Made by a program: the position numbers and the translations under genes. DNA of 64,000 nt, taken from positions 448,001 to 512,000 of the forward strand of contig CAWDXG010000001.1 in assembly GCA_963806225.1 (NCBI GenBank). The letters run 5' to 3'. The notes below the pieces were generated by a model. It was not told where the DNA came from, made no database searches, and saw only the letters and a list, made by a program, of their open reading frames with translations. Positions 1 to 10,511 of this stretch are shown in pieces. This DNA comes from an uncultured delta proteobacterium. Its GTDB lineage: Bacteria; Myxococcota_A; Polyangia; Polyangiales; Polyangiaceae. How positions within the stretch are numbered: the stretch's first letter is position 1; each line of letters opens with the position of its first letter.

Positions 1-69
1 CCGCACCTGTGCCGTTGCGGCGTGTACCAGCGCGTGATCCGCGCCGTGCAGAAGGCGGGCAGTCGATGA
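1..69 (+). CDS. C-terminal fragment of a (2Fe-2S)-binding small subunit of a xanthine dehydrogenase/aldehyde oxidoreductase-family enzyme (5' truncated by window)
   Basis: Frame 1 reads PHLCRCGVYQRVIRAVQKAGSR*, matching the LCRC-G-Y motif of CoxS/IorA subunits. Its TGA overlaps the next ATG (ATGA at 66-69). Confidence 0.8.
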   Translation, partial: PHLCRCGVYQRVIRAVQKAGSR

Positions 70-2048
70 TGCGCTGGGCGGAGAGGCCCGTGAAGGTCGA
101 GGAGCGGATCCGCATCGAGCCCGACGGCACCGTCGTCGCGCTGTCCGGCAAGATCGAGTTCGGGCAGGGGCTCCGCACGGCGTTTTCGCGGATCGTCGCC
201 GAGGAGCTGGCGCTGCCGCTCGAACGCGTGCGCGTCGTGCTTGGCGAAACCGACGAGGTGCCCTGGGACATGGGCACCTTCGGCAGCATGTCGGTGGCGA
301 CGGACGGCAACGCGTTGAGGCGCGTGGCCGCGTTCGCCCGCGAGCGGTTGCTGGACCGGGCGGCGGAACGTCTTGAAGCGGATCGCGACGCACTGTCGCT
401 CGACGCCGGCAGCGTGCGCGGCCCGGGTGGAGAGTCGGTGAGCTACGCCGAGCTCGTCCGGGACGCGCCGATCGCGGGCGAGGCGCCCGAAACGACGCCG
501 CGGGTTCCGCCGCCGGACGAACGCAGGCCCCGGCGCCTCGAAGCGCACGCGATCGTCACGGGCGCGGCGTGCTTCGCAGCGGATGTGCGGCTTGCCGGCA
601 TGCTGCGCGGCCACGCGCTCGTGCCGCCGGTGCACGGCGCCAGGCTCGTCAAGCTCGACGACGCCGCAGTTCGCGCGATGCCCGGCGTGGTCGCGGTCGT
701 GCACGACGGCGATTTCGCCGGCGTCGTGGCGAAGCGGGACGAGCAGGCGCTGGCCGCTGCCCGCGCGCTCGAGGCCGAGTGGGCGCCGCCCGCCGATCCT
801 CCGCCGGCCAAGCACATCGAGCTTCAAGCCGACGAGCAGGCGCGGGCGGCCTTCGCCGCCGGTGGACAGCAGCTCTCGGCGCGCTACGTCGCGCCGCACA
901 TCGCGCACGCGTCGATCGGCACCAGTGCGGCGGTCGTGGACGTGCGCGAGGACGGCACCAACGTCTACGTGGCCACGCAGCGGCCGTTCCCGCTACGCGA
1001 CGAGATCGCCGGGATCTGCGGCCTTGCCGCGGAGCGCGTGCACGTCCATCCGCAGATGTCCAGCGGGACCTATGGTCGCAACGGGGGCAGCGACGCGGCC
1101 CTGGAGGCGGCGCGGCTATCGCGCGCCGTCGGCCGGCCCGTATTGGTGCAGTGGACGCGCGCCGAGGAGCTCAGGCGGAGTCCGTACCGACCGGAAGTCA
1201 TCGGCGAGGTCGCCGCCGTCGTCGAGGGCGGACGGATCGCCGCCTGGCGCTACACGGAGCACACCAATCCGCACACCTACGGCGGCGGCGAGCTGCCGCC
1301 GCAGGTCGTGATCATGACCTCCGGTCGCAACGCGGTGCCGCGGTACCGGATGCCGGTCGAGGCGCATCTGTACATCGAGAACGCCCCGGTGCGCACGGGA
1401 GCGTTCCGCTCGCTCGCCGCGGCTCCGAACACGTACGCCATCGAGTCGTTCATGGACGAGATCGCGCGGCACCTAGAGACCGATCCGTTCGAGCTGAGGC
1501 TGGCGCATCTGGACGACGCGCGCCTGCGCGGCGTCCTCGAGGCGGTTCGCGAGCAGAGCGGCTGGGCGGGGCGGCCCCGCGAGGCGGGACGCGGCTCCGG
1601 CGTCGCCTGTACCCTGTATCACGGCACCTACGTTGCAGAGGTCGTCGAGGTCCGCGTCACCCCGAGCGGCAGGGTGAAGCTCGAGCGGGTGTGGTGCGCC
1701 GTGGATCCGGGTCGCATCGTGCATCCGGACGGCGCGGTGAACCAGGCGGAGGGCGCGATCCAGCAGGCCGCGAGCTGGACGCTCATGGAGGAGCTCCGGC
1801 ATCGCGACGGCCGCGTGCTGCCGGCATCGTTCGGCGACTACCCGGTCGCGCGGTTTTCCGACGCGCCCGCCTCGATCGAGGTGCAGATAGTCGGCGACGG
1901 CAACGCGCCTTCGACGGGGATGGGAGAGCCGCCGAGCGTGCCGATCGCGGCGGCGGTCGCCAACGCCGTGTTCGACGCCAGCGGCGCGCGCGTCCGCACG
2001 TTGCCGATCACGCAGTCGGCCGTCCGCAAAGCACTGCTGGAAGGCTGA
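66..2048 (+). CDS. Molybdopterin-binding large subunit, xanthine dehydrogenase/isoquinoline 1-oxidoreductase beta family
   Basis: Motifs KIEFGQGLRT, IVAEEL, GTFGSMS, GAFRSL, FMDEIA..DPFELRL and GMGEPPSVPIAAAVANAVFDASG. Start moved to the ATG at 66, coupled to the 2Fe-2S gene. Confidence 0.9.
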   Translation: MMRWAERPVKVEERIRIEPDGTVVALSGKIEFGQGLRTAFSRIVAEELALPLERVRVVLGETDEVPWDMGTFGSMSVATDGNALRRVAAFARERLLDRAAERLEADRDALSLDAGSVRGPGGESVSYAELVRDAPIAGEAPETTPRVPPPDERRPRRLEAHAIVTGAACFAADVRLAGMLRGHALVPPVHGARLVKLDDAAVRAMPGVVAVVHDGDFAGVVAKRDEQALAAARALEAEWAPPADPPPAKHIELQADEQARAAFAAGGQQLSARYVAPHIAHASIGTSAAVVDVREDGTNVYVATQRPFPLRDEIAGICGLAAERVHVHPQMSSGTYGRNGGSDAALEAARLSRAVGRPVLVQWTRAEELRRSPYRPEVIGEVAAVVEGGRIAAWRYTEHTNPHTYGGGELPPQVVIMTSGRNAVPRYRMPVEAHLYIENAPVRTGAFRSLAAAPNTYAIESFMDEIARHLETDPFELRLAHLDDARLRGVLEAVREQSGWAGRPREAGRGSGVACTLYHGTYVAEVVEVRVTPSGRVKLERVWCAVDPGRIVHPDGAVNQAEGAIQQAASWTLMEELRHRDGRVLPASFGDYPVARFSDAPASIEVQIVGDGNAPSTGMGEPPSVPIAAAVANAVFDASGARVRTLPITQSAVRKALLEG

Positions 2049-2115
2049 CGCGGGACCCCGTTTTGGATCCCCGGACTTGACAGACCCCCGTTCCTGGACC
2101 AATTGCCGAGGCAGG

Positions 2116-2715
2116 ATGAGCGATGCTTTCGTGCCCGCCGCCGCACCCGACGCTCGTAGCGTCGCGCTGGCGCGCGCTCGCCGCATCCTGCTCGTGCTGG
2201 TGCTTGCCGCGTGCGTCGGCGGGGGCATCTGGCTCGGGCGCACCGGGCACCTGACCCAGGCAGCGATCGGCGGTTGGGTCAGGTCCTGGGGACCGTGGTC
2301 GGCCCCGGCGTTCGTGGTGGCCTTCACTCTCGGCGAGCTGCTGCATCTGCCGGGTATGCTGTTCGTGTTCGTGGCGCGGGCGGCGTTCGGCGGGGTAGGG
2401 GGGTTCTTCCTGAGCTACGGCGGGGCGATGGTCGCCATCACGGCGCCGTTCCTGCTGGTCCGCGGTATCCGCACACAGCGCGAGCGCACCTGGCAGCCGC
2501 GCTGGCGCTTTCTCCGGCGCCTACTGGAGGGCGTCGAGACGCATCCCGTCCGCAGCGTGATGATCCTGAGGCTGATCCTCTGGCTCTCGCCTCCGCTCGA
2601 CTACGCGCTGGCGTTCACCAGCATCCGCACGCGCGACTACCTGCTCGGCTCGGCGCTCGGCCTCGCTCCCTGCATCGGCGCCGTCATCTGCGGCATTGGC
2701 TGGCTGCCCTGGTGA
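2116..2715 (+). CDS. TVP38/TMEM64 (VTT/DedA-like) membrane protein
   Basis: Multiple hydrophobic helices. LRLILWLSPPLDYALAFTSIRTRDYLLGSALGLAP resembles the VTT C-terminal motif. ATG at 2116 follows GAGG/AGG. Confidence 0.75.
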   Translation: MSDAFVPAAAPDARSVALARARRILLVLVLAACVGGGIWLGRTGHLTQAAIGGWVRSWGPWSAPAFVVAFTLGELLHLPGMLFVFVARAAFGGVGGFFLSYGGAMVAITAPFLLVRGIRTQRERTWQPRWRFLRRLLEGVETHPVRSVMILRLILWLSPPLDYALAFTSIRTRDYLLGSALGLAPCIGAVICGIGWLPW

Positions 2716-2745
2716 CGCGCCGCCGGATGGCGCTAGACTGACCGC

Positions 2746-4413
2746 ATGGTGCGTAGGGGGACGCACGGGCCCGACGGTGGCGCGGCTCGGGACGTTGCGC
2801 CGGGCCGCGAGCTGTACGCCGAGCAGCGCTGGTCCGACGCCTACGACGCACTGTCGCGCGCCGATCGAGCGGCGCCACTCGAGTGCGGGGATTCGGAGGC
2901 CCTGGCCTGGTGCGCGGCACTGACCGGCCGCGACCAGCAGTTCCTCGCGGCGCTGGAACGCCTGTACCACACGCACCACGATGCCGGACGCGATGCTGCG
3001 GCGGCGCGCGCGGCGTTCTGGCTGGGGTTCAGGCTCTTTAGCCTGGGGGAGGGCGGTCGCGCGGCGGGCTGGCTCGGGCGTTCGGCGCGCGCGGTCGAGT
3101 GCAAGGGCGGAGACTGCGTCGAGCGCGGGTACCTGATGCTGCCGACCATCCACCGGCATCTCTCGACCGGTGATCACGATTCCGCCCACGACGTGGCCGC
3201 CGAGGCCGCCGCCATCGGAGACCGCTTCGGCGACAGGGATCTGGTCGCGTTCGCGCGCAATCTGCAGGGACGGGCGCTGATGCGACGTGGCGAGGTGCGG
3301 GAGGGCCTCGCGCTCGTGGACGAGGCCATGGTGTCGGTTGCAGGCGGCGAGGTTTCGCCGCTCGTCGCCGGACTCGTCTACTGCACCGTCATTGCGAGCT
3401 GCCAGCAGGTGTACGCGCTCGACCGGTCGCGCGAGTGGACCGATGCGCTCTCGGAGTGGTGCAAGCGACAGCCCCAGTTGGTTACCTTCACTGGCGTCTG
3501 CATGGTGCACCGCGCGGAGATCCTGCAGCTCGGCGGCGCATGGACCGAGGCCGCGGCGGAGGCAAGGCGGGCCAGGGAGCGCTCCGACCAGAAGGTCGAT
3601 CCGGACGCCGCCGGCGAGGCCTGCTACCAGCAGGCGGAGATCCATCGGCTACGGGGCGAGTCCAGCGAGGCCGAGGAAGCGTACCGCTGCGTCAGCAGCT
3701 ACGGGCGCGAGCCGCAGCCGGGCCTCGCGTTGCTGCGCCTCGCGCAGGGACGCGCCGATGCAGCCTGTGCGTCGCTGCGCCGCGTGCTCGGCGCAGCGAC
3801 GACCCCGCTCGCGCGTGCCCGGTTCCTGCCGGCTCTGGTCGAGGTCGCGCTGGCCGTCGGAGACACCGGACAAGCCCGGGCCGCCGCCGACGAGCTCGGG
3901 CAGATCGCGGGGCGTTTCGCGACCGAAGTGCTCGACGCCATCGCCGCGCACGCCCGGGGCGCCGTGCTGCTCGCGGTGGGCGAGGCGCAGGCAGCGGTCG
4001 AGCCATTGCGGCGCTCCTTCGAGATCTGGCGTCGCATCGGCGCACCCTACCTCGCCGCGCGCATCCGCGTGCTGCTCGGTACCGCGTCTGGCGAGCTCGG
4101 CGACGTCGACGGGCGGCGGCTGGAGCTCGACGCGGCGAGGCAGGTATTCCGCGAGCTCGGTGCGGTTACGGATCTGGCCCGGCTCGACGCACTGGAGCGG
4201 CCGGCCTCCGGCGAGCCGACCTGCGGCCTGACGCCGCGCGAGCTCGAGGTGATCCGCCTGGTCGCCGGCGGCGGGACCAACAAGGCCATCGCACGCGAGC
4301 TCGGTGTGAGCGAGCGCACTGTCGATCGGCACGTGAGCAATATCTTCGCCAAGCTGGACGTGTCGTCGAGGGCCGCGGCGACGGCTTTCGCCTACGAGCA
4401 CGAACTGGTCTGA
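2746..4413 (+). CDS. LuxR-family HTH transcriptional regulator with long helical N-terminal region
   Basis: C-terminal LTPRELEVIRLVAGGGTNKAIARELGVSERTVDRHVSNIFAKLDVSSRAAA is a LuxR HTH. Confidence 0.9.
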   Translation: MVRRGTHGPDGGAARDVAPGRELYAEQRWSDAYDALSRADRAAPLECGDSEALAWCAALTGRDQQFLAALERLYHTHHDAGRDAAAARAAFWLGFRLFSLGEGGRAAGWLGRSARAVECKGGDCVERGYLMLPTIHRHLSTGDHDSAHDVAAEAAAIGDRFGDRDLVAFARNLQGRALMRRGEVREGLALVDEAMVSVAGGEVSPLVAGLVYCTVIASCQQVYALDRSREWTDALSEWCKRQPQLVTFTGVCMVHRAEILQLGGAWTEAAAEARRARERSDQKVDPDAAGEACYQQAEIHRLRGESSEAEEAYRCVSSYGREPQPGLALLRLAQGRADAACASLRRVLGAATTPLARARFLPALVEVALAVGDTGQARAAADELGQIAGRFATEVLDAIAAHARGAVLLAVGEAQAAVEPLRRSFEIWRRIGAPYLAARIRVLLGTASGELGDVDGRRLELDAARQVFRELGAVTDLARLDALERPASGEPTCGLTPRELEVIRLVAGGGTNKAIARELGVSERTVDRHVSNIFAKLDVSSRAAATAFAYEHELV

Positions 4414-4427
4414 CGCTGCCTCCGCTC

Positions 4428-4481
4428 ATGGGTGGAACTACCCATGGCGCGCAAGCCCGCAAAATGGGCAGCCCTGCCGAT
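4428..4481. promoter_or_regulatory. Pair of 18-bp imperfect palindromes, candidate operator for the adjacent LuxR regulator
   Basis: ATGGGTGGAACTACCCAT (4428-4445) and ATGGGCAGCCCTGCCGAT (4464-4481) lie between the regulator and the monooxygenase. Confidence 0.6.
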
Positions 4482-4531
4482 GCGCGACCCCTGCCGCCAT
4501 TCCTATGCTCGTCCATGAAGGAGGCAGGGAG

Positions 4532-5782
4532 ATGGACGAAAAAGCACACGACGGAAGGGGCTATCTGGAAGAGGGCGCGGCAATCGCCGATATGACCCCC
4601 CGCGAATGCTTCGACGTGATCGTCATCGGAGGTGGCCAGGCGGGTCTTTCCGTCGGTCACCACCTCGCGAAGTCGGGTCTGCGCTTCGTCATCCTGGACG
4701 GCTCCGCGCGCATCGGTGATTCGTGGCGCAAACGCTGGGACTCGCTCCGACTGTTCACGCCGGCGCGCTTCAACGGGCTTTCGGGAATGCGCTTCCCGGG
4801 GCACCCGGACTATTTCCCGACCAAGGACGAGATGGGGGACTTTCTCGAGTCCTACGCGCGGGACTTCGAGCTGCCGGTGCGGAGCGGGACCTGGGTCAAG
4901 CGCGTCCACCGCCGCGACGGACGCTACGTCGTCACCACGCCGGACGGCGAGCTGGAGGCCGATCAGCTCGTGGTCGCGATGGCCGGCTACCAGAAGCGGC
5001 GCGTACCCGGCTTCGCCAAGGAGCTCCGCTCCGACATCGTCCAGATCCACTCGAGCGACTACAAGCGCCCGTCGCAGCTCCGCGAGGGCGGCGTGCTCGT
5101 CGTCGGTGCCGGCAACTCGGGAGCGGAGATCGCGATGGAGCTGTCGAAGCAGCATCGCGTCTGGATGTCCGGTCGCGATGTCGGGCAGATCCCGTTCCGG
5201 ATCGGCGGGCTGCTCGGCCGGCTGCTGCTCGTGCGCCTGGTGCTCCGGGTGATCTTCCACCGCGTGATCACGATCCGGACCCCGATCGGTCGCAGGCTGC
5301 GCCCGCAAGTCACGGGCATGGGCGGACCGCGGATCCGCACCCATCGCGCGGATCTGCGCGCGCGGGGCGTGGAGTGCGTGCCACGCACTGCGGGTGTCGA
5401 GGACGGTCTGCCACGGCTCGCCGACGGGCGCGTGCTCGACGTGGCCAACGTCGTGTGGTGCACCGGCTTCGACTCCGGTCTGTCGTGGCTCGACCTGCCC
5501 GTTCTCGACGAGCGCGGCAACCCACGACACGTCGGCGGCATCGTCGAGGGCCAGCCGGGCCTGTATTTCATCGGCCGGCACTTCCTCTACGCGCTGTCGT
5601 CCGCCATGGTCCACGGCGTCGGGCGCGACGCCCAGCGCATCGTGAGGGCCATTGTGGCTCGTTCGGCCGCGGGCGCTGATCTCCCGGCGCCGGCGGTGAT
5701 AGCCTCGCCGCATGAGACCCTGGTCCATCCAGCCCAACGGACGCTTCGACGAAACCGTGCTGCAGAGCAGGCTGCTCGCTGA
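4532..5782 (+). CDS. Flavin-containing monooxygenase-like NAD(P)/FAD-dependent oxidoreductase
   Basis: Motifs VIVIGGGQAG (FAD), RWDSLRLFTP, QIHSSDYKRP (FMO motif), VLVVGAGNSG (NADPH) and VVWCTGF. GGAGG/GGAG lies upstream of the ATG at 4532. Confidence 0.85.
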   Translation: MDEKAHDGRGYLEEGAAIADMTPRECFDVIVIGGGQAGLSVGHHLAKSGLRFVILDGSARIGDSWRKRWDSLRLFTPARFNGLSGMRFPGHPDYFPTKDEMGDFLESYARDFELPVRSGTWVKRVHRRDGRYVVTTPDGELEADQLVVAMAGYQKRRVPGFAKELRSDIVQIHSSDYKRPSQLREGGVLVVGAGNSGAEIAMELSKQHRVWMSGRDVGQIPFRIGGLLGRLLLVRLVLRVIFHRVITIRTPIGRRLRPQVTGMGGPRIRTHRADLRARGVECVPRTAGVEDGLPRLADGRVLDVANVVWCTGFDSGLSWLDLPVLDERGNPRHVGGIVEGQPGLYFIGRHFLYALSSAMVHGVGRDAQRIVRAIVARSAAGADLPAPAVIASPHETLVHPAQRTLRRNRAAEQAAR

Positions 5783-6737
5783 TAACCCGCTCGGAGATCC
5801 CCACGAGCGCCCGATCTGGGTGTATCTGCCGCCCGGCTACGACGAGCATCCCGAACAGCGCTACCCGACGCTCTACCAGATCCAGGGGCTGACCGGGCAG
5901 CTCGACATGTGGGAAAACCGCGCGCCCTTCCGCAAGAACGTTCCCGAGCTGGTCGACGAGCTGTTCTCGCGGAAGGACGTGCCGCCCTGCATCGTGGTGT
6001 GGGTCGATTGCTGGACCAGCATCGGCGGTAGCCAGTTCATCGACTCGCCGGGCACCGGTCGCTACCATAGCTACCTGTGCGACGAGATCGTTCCCTGGGT
6101 GGACGAGCACTACCGCACGCTGGCCGATCGGAAGCACCGCGGCATCGCCGGCAAGTCGAGCGGCGGCTACGGCGCCATGGTGACGCCGATGCTGCGCCCC
6201 GACCTGTGGGGCGGTCTGGCTACGCACGCGGGCGACGCGCTGTTCGAGACCTGTTATCTGCCGGAGTTCCGTCAGGTGGTGCGCGCGCTCAGGGACGAAT
6301 ACGAGGGATCGTTCGACAGGTTCTGGGCCGACTTCCGCTCGCGTCCTGCGCTGTCCCGGGACAGCGACGGAGCGCTTCTGAATACCTGGTGCATGGCGGC
6401 CTGCTACTCGGCGGACGAGGACGGCACCGTGCGGCTGCCCTTCGATCCGTCGACCGGGGAGCTGGAAAACGCAATCTGGGAGCGCTGGCTTTCCTGGGAT
6501 CCGGTGCGCATGGTGCCGCGCTACGCCGAGGCGCTGCGCTCCCTGGTGACGGTGTACATCGACGCAGGTAACAAGGATCAATTCTTCCTCGATCTCGGTG
6601 CGGAGGCGTTTCGCCGGGCCCTGGAGAAAGCCGGTGTCCCCGAGGTCGTCTTCGAGCTCTTCGACGCGACGCACAGCGCCATCGAATACCGCTATCCGCT
6701 GGCGCTGGAGCACCTCGCGCGGCGGCTTTCGCCCTAG
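5712..6737 (+). CDS. Alpha/beta-hydrolase esterase (enterochelin esterase-like)
   Basis: Motifs WVYLPPGY, GKSSGGYG (nucleophile elbow), YIDAGNKD, and a C-terminal His (DATH). Confidence 0.85.
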   Translation: MRPWSIQPNGRFDETVLQSRLLADNPLGDPHERPIWVYLPPGYDEHPEQRYPTLYQIQGLTGQLDMWENRAPFRKNVPELVDELFSRKDVPPCIVVWVDCWTSIGGSQFIDSPGTGRYHSYLCDEIVPWVDEHYRTLADRKHRGIAGKSSGGYGAMVTPMLRPDLWGGLATHAGDALFETCYLPEFRQVVRALRDEYEGSFDRFWADFRSRPALSRDSDGALLNTWCMAACYSADEDGTVRLPFDPSTGELENAIWERWLSWDPVRMVPRYAEALRSLVTVYIDAGNKDQFFLDLGAEAFRRALEKAGVPEVVFELFDATHSAIEYRYPLALEHLARRLSP

Positions 6738-6761
6738 CGCGCAGTCGATTATGCTCGGGGC

Positions 6762-7622
6762 ATGTTCCGCGTCGACAAGCTGGACGACCCGCTGGAATCA
6801 CTAGAGCTCGAGGATACCGACGCTGGCTCGCGCGTCGTGGTCGCGCCCTCCCGGGGCGGGCTGGTCACGCGCTTCCGTGTCGGCGACGACGACGTGCTGT
6901 TCCTCGACGAATCCACGCTCCGCGACCCGTCGAAGAACGTGCGTGGCGGCATCCCGGTGCTGTTCCCGACGCCCGGCAAGCTCAAGGGCGACGCCTGGTC
7001 CTACCTCGGACACTCGGGGCATCTCAAGCAGCACGGCTTCGCCCGCAACATGCCGTGGCGCGTCGCCCGCACGACCACGGACGACGCCGCGGTGTGCACG
7101 CTCAGGCTCTTGTCGGACGCGGACACGCACGGGACATGGCCGTGGGAGTTCGATCTGGAGCACAGGATCTCCCTGGCTGGTCGCACGCTCCACATCGAGC
7201 AGCGGTTGCACAATCCGGGTCACTTCCCGATGCCGTTCGGCCTGGGGTTCCACCCCTACTTCCGCGTGCCCCAGGCCGACAAGGCGAAGACGCGCATCGA
7301 CACGCGCGCCACCCGCGCCTGGGACAACGTGAAGAAGACCGAAGTCGCGCTGGGCAGCATCGATCTGTCAGCAGAGGAAGTGGACCTGCACCTGCTGGAT
7401 CACGGGCGCAGCGACAGCGCGCTGGAACGACCCTGGGGCAACGTGCGCATCCGGGCCAGCCAGGACTACCAGCGCTGGGTGATCTGGACGGTCCGCGGCC
7501 GCGACTTCGTGTGTCTGGAACCGTGGACCTCCCCCGGCAACGCGCTCAACACGGGCGAGGGGCTGCTCGTGCAGGAGCCCGGAGCGACGCGCACGACCTG
7601 GGTCGAGATCAGCGTCGCCTGA
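6762..7622 (+). CDS. Aldose 1-epimerase / galactose mutarotase-like protein
   Basis: Motifs RGGIPVLFP, QHGFARN, GFHPYF and FVCLEPW. Confidence 0.9.
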   Translation: MFRVDKLDDPLESLELEDTDAGSRVVVAPSRGGLVTRFRVGDDDVLFLDESTLRDPSKNVRGGIPVLFPTPGKLKGDAWSYLGHSGHLKQHGFARNMPWRVARTTTDDAAVCTLRLLSDADTHGTWPWEFDLEHRISLAGRTLHIEQRLHNPGHFPMPFGLGFHPYFRVPQADKAKTRIDTRATRAWDNVKKTEVALGSIDLSAEEVDLHLLDHGRSDSALERPWGNVRIRASQDYQRWVIWTVRGRDFVCLEPWTSPGNALNTGEGLLVQEPGATRTTWVEISVA

Positions 7623-7667
7623 AGCCGGGGGGCGGCACCGGCACAGCGGGTGCGCTAGCCTACGCGC

Positions 7668-9554
7668 ATGTCCGGATACCGCAGCCGCACCTCGACCCAC
7701 GGTCGCAACATGGCCGGCGCGCGCGCGCTGTGGCGCGCGACCGGGATGAAGGACGCCGATTTCGAAAAGCCCATCGTCGCGATCGCCAACAGCTTCACGC
7801 AGTTCGTCCCCGGTCATGTGCACCTGCACGACGTCGGTCAGCGCGTGAAGAAGGTGATTGACGACGCTGGCGGCTGGGGCGTCGAGTTCAACACGATCGC
7901 GATCGACGACGGCATCGCGATGGGTCACGGCGGAATGCTCTATTCCCTGCCCAGCCGCGACCTCATCGCGGACAGCGTCGAGTACATGGTCAACGCCCAC
8001 TGCGCCGACGCGCTCGTGTGCATCTCCAATTGCGACAAGATCACCCCGGGCATGTTGATCGCTGCGATGCGCCTCGACATCCCCACTATCTTCGTCTCCG
8101 GCGGGCCCATGGAGGCGGGTAAGCTGGCCGGCACGCACGATCGCGAGGGCAAACCCCTGACACGCAAGCTGGATCTGATCGACTCGATGATCGCTTCCAG
8201 CGACGACAGCGTCAGCGACCAGGAGCTCGCGCGTATCGAGCGTTCGGCCTGCCCGACCTGCGGTTCCTGCTCGGGCATGTTCACGGCCAACAGCATGAAC
8301 TGCCTGAACGAGGCGCTGGGGCTCGCCCTGCCCGGCAACGGCACGCTGCTCGCCACGCATGCCCTGCGCTGGCAGCTGTTCGAGCAGGCCGGTCGGCGTA
8401 TCGTGGAGATGGCCAAGCGCCACTACCTGGAAGGGGAAGCGTCGTTGCTGCCGCGCGGTATCGCGACCTTCGAAGCCTTCGAGAACGCCATGGCGCTGGA
8501 TATCGCCATGGGCGGTTCGACCAACACCGTGCTGCACATCCTGGCGATCGCCCGCGAGGCGGGCGTCGACTTCAGGATGGAGCACATCGACCAGCTTTCT
8601 CGCAGGATCCCGAACATCTGCAAGGTCGCGCCGTCGTCGCACTACCACGTGGAGGACGTGCACCGCGCGGGGGGCATCTTCACGATCCTGGGAGAGCTCG
8701 ACCGCGCGGGACTGATCCACCGGGAGGCAGGGAGCGTCCACGCGGCGACGATGGGCGAGGCCATCGAAGAGCACGACATCCGTCGCGACACGGCGACCGA
8801 AGCGGCGAAGAGGCGTGCGCTGGCCGCGCCCGGCGGAGTGCCGACCCAGATTGCCTTCTCGCAGGACAAGTACTTCCCCGAGCCGGATCTCGATCGCGAG
8901 GGAGGCGCCGTGCGCAGCGTGGAGCACGCCTACAGCGCCGAGGGCGGGCTGGCCGTCCTGTACGGGAACATCGCGGCCGACGGCAGCATCGTGAAGACGG
9001 CCGGGGTGGACGAGAGCGTCTGGCGCTTCGAAGGGCCGGCGCGGGTCTTCGTTTCGCAGGAAGCTGCCTGCGATGCGATCCTCGCCGATCGTATCCAGCC
9101 GGGCGACGTGGTGTTCATCGTCTACGAAGGACCGAAGGGTGGCCCCGGCATGCAGGAGATGCTGTACCCGACCTCGTTCCTCAAGGGCAAAGGGCTCGGC
9201 AAGGCCTGCGCGCTCGTCACCGACGGTCGCTTCAGCGGCGGCACCTCCGGCCTCAGCATCGGGCACGTGTCGCCGGAGGCGGGGGAAGGCGGGAACATCG
9301 GGCTGGTCGAGGAAGGGGATCGCGTCCGCATCGACATCCCCGGGCGTCGCATCGACGTGCTGGTCGACGACGCGGAGCTCGGGCGCCGGCGCCAGGCGAT
9401 GGATGCGAGCGGCGACCGCGCCTGGAAGCCCGTCCGCGATCGCGTCGTGTCGCAGGCACTCCGCGCCTACGCGCTGATGACGACCAGCGCCGCGACCGGT
9501 GCGGCACGGGACATTGCCGCCCTGGAGCGGCTCGCCGAAAAGCGCGGGCGCTGA
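7668..9554 (+). CDS. ilvD: Dihydroxy-acid dehydratase
   Basis: Motifs [60 protein letters not shown] and [11 protein letters not shown]. Confidence 0.98.
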   Translation: MSGYRSRTSTHGRNMAGARALWRATGMKDADFEKPIVAIANSFTQFVPGHVHLHDVGQRVKKVIDDAGGWGVEFNTIAIDDGIAMGHGGMLYSLPSRDLIADSVEYMVNAHCADALVCISNCDKITPGMLIAAMRLDIPTIFVSGGPMEAGKLAGTHDREGKPLTRKLDLIDSMIASSDDSVSDQELARIERSACPTCGSCSGMFTANSMNCLNEALGLALPGNGTLLATHALRWQLFEQAGRRIVEMAKRHYLEGEASLLPRGIATFEAFENAMALDIAMGGSTNTVLHILAIAREAGVDFRMEHIDQLSRRIPNICKVAPSSHYHVEDVHRAGGIFTILGELDRAGLIHREAGSVHAATMGEAIEEHDIRRDTATEAAKRRALAAPGGVPTQIAFSQDKYFPEPDLDREGGAVRSVEHAYSAEGGLAVLYGNIAADGSIVKTAGVDESVWRFEGPARVFVSQEAACDAILADRIQPGDVVFIVYEGPKGGPGMQEMLYPTSFLKGKGLGKACALVTDGRFSGGTSGLSIGHVSPEAGEGGNIGLVEEGDRVRIDIPGRRIDVLVDDAELGRRRQAMDASGDRAWKPVRDRVVSQALRAYALMTTSAATGAARDIAALERLAEKRGR

Positions 9555-10511
9555 TCAGCGCACGGGGTTCTTGGCGAAGCGCTGGGCGAGCTCGTCGAGC
9601 GCGGCGCGCAGGGCAGGGGAGGCGCCGCTCTTCGCGGCCCGGATGAGCCCCGGCGTCGAGGAGTGATCGACGAGCAGGATCTCGGTGGCTGCCTTCGTGC
9701 GGAGCTCACCCGTATTCGCCACGAACGCCTGGACCAGCGCTCGCGCGGCCACGCCCCGGACCGCGTCGCCTTCGCTGGTCTTCGCAACGGCCGGCGTCTG
9801 CCAGGCCCAGGTGTTGCCCACGTTGCCGAGCTGGCGGATGACCGTGAGCTCGCGGGCGGCGCTGCTGGTGGTGGAGAGCCGGGCCAGAGCGCGCGCCGCG
9901 ACCAGGCGGCGGCATTCACCGAGCCCCGAGATCACGGCGTCCTGTTTCGCCCCCGGCGTCGTGGCCAGCTGCACCAGGCGCGCCGCGGAAGCGTCGTCGC
10001 CAAGCCGCCCGAGTGCGACCGCAGCGGCGCGCACGATGGCCGGCTCGCTGTTGTGCTCCAGCGCGGCGCGGAGCACCGGTTCCGAGCGGGCGTCGCGCAG
10101 CATGCCCACGGCCTCGATCAAGCCGACGCGCAGGTCGCGCCAGGTGTCCTTGGAGAGCGAGCCGCGCGCCGGCGCGTCGACGGCGAGCATCTCGAGCATC
10201 GGGAACAGCGCCGTCGGCCCCAGCGACTTGAGATACGGCGAGAGCACGATCGCGCGCCCGCGACGATGTCGCGCGAGCTTCTTTGCCAGGGCTGGAAGGC
10301 CGGAAAGCTTCTTGAACGCCTCCGGATGGGTGACGTGGGCCCTGGCGATGCTCCTGCCGAGCGCGTGGGCCGCCTTGGGAGCCAGCGCGCTATGCGCGTC
10401 GAGCACCACTCCGGCGGCCCTCGCCTCCGGCACGTGGACGAACGCTACGCAGAGCGCGACCAGCGAGCCGGCGAAAAGCCCGCGCGCGCCATGGAAATGC
10501 CGTCGTGTCAT
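9555..10511 (-). CDS. Exported HEAT-repeat-like protein
   Basis: N-terminus MTRRHF...ARA suggests a signal peptide, possibly twin-arginine. Repeats such as VRAAAVALGRLGD and VRGVAARAL. The ATG at 10511 overlaps the PAD stop (ATGA). Confidence 0.7.
   Translation of the reverse strand: MTRRHFHGARGLFAGSLVALCVAFVHVPEARAAGVVLDAHSALAPKAAHALGRSIARAHVTHPEAFKKLSGLPALAKKLARHRRGRAIVLSPYLKSLGPTALFPMLEMLAVDAPARGSLSKDTWRDLRVGLIEAVGMLRDARSEPVLRAALEHNSEPAIVRAAAVALGRLGDDASAARLVQLATTPGAKQDAVISGLGECRRLVAARALARLSTTSSAARELTVIRQLGNVGNTWAWQTPAVAKTSEGDAVRGVAARALVQAFVANTGELRTKAATEILLVDHSSTPGLIRAAKSGASPALRAALDELAQRFAKNPVR

Noticed and set aside
7368..9266. Long antisense ORF opposite ilvD, and the many other overlapping Arg/Ala/Pro-rich ORFs in the track
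   Set aside because: Expected in high-GC DNA where stops are rare. They show no motifs and lie entirely over confident genes.
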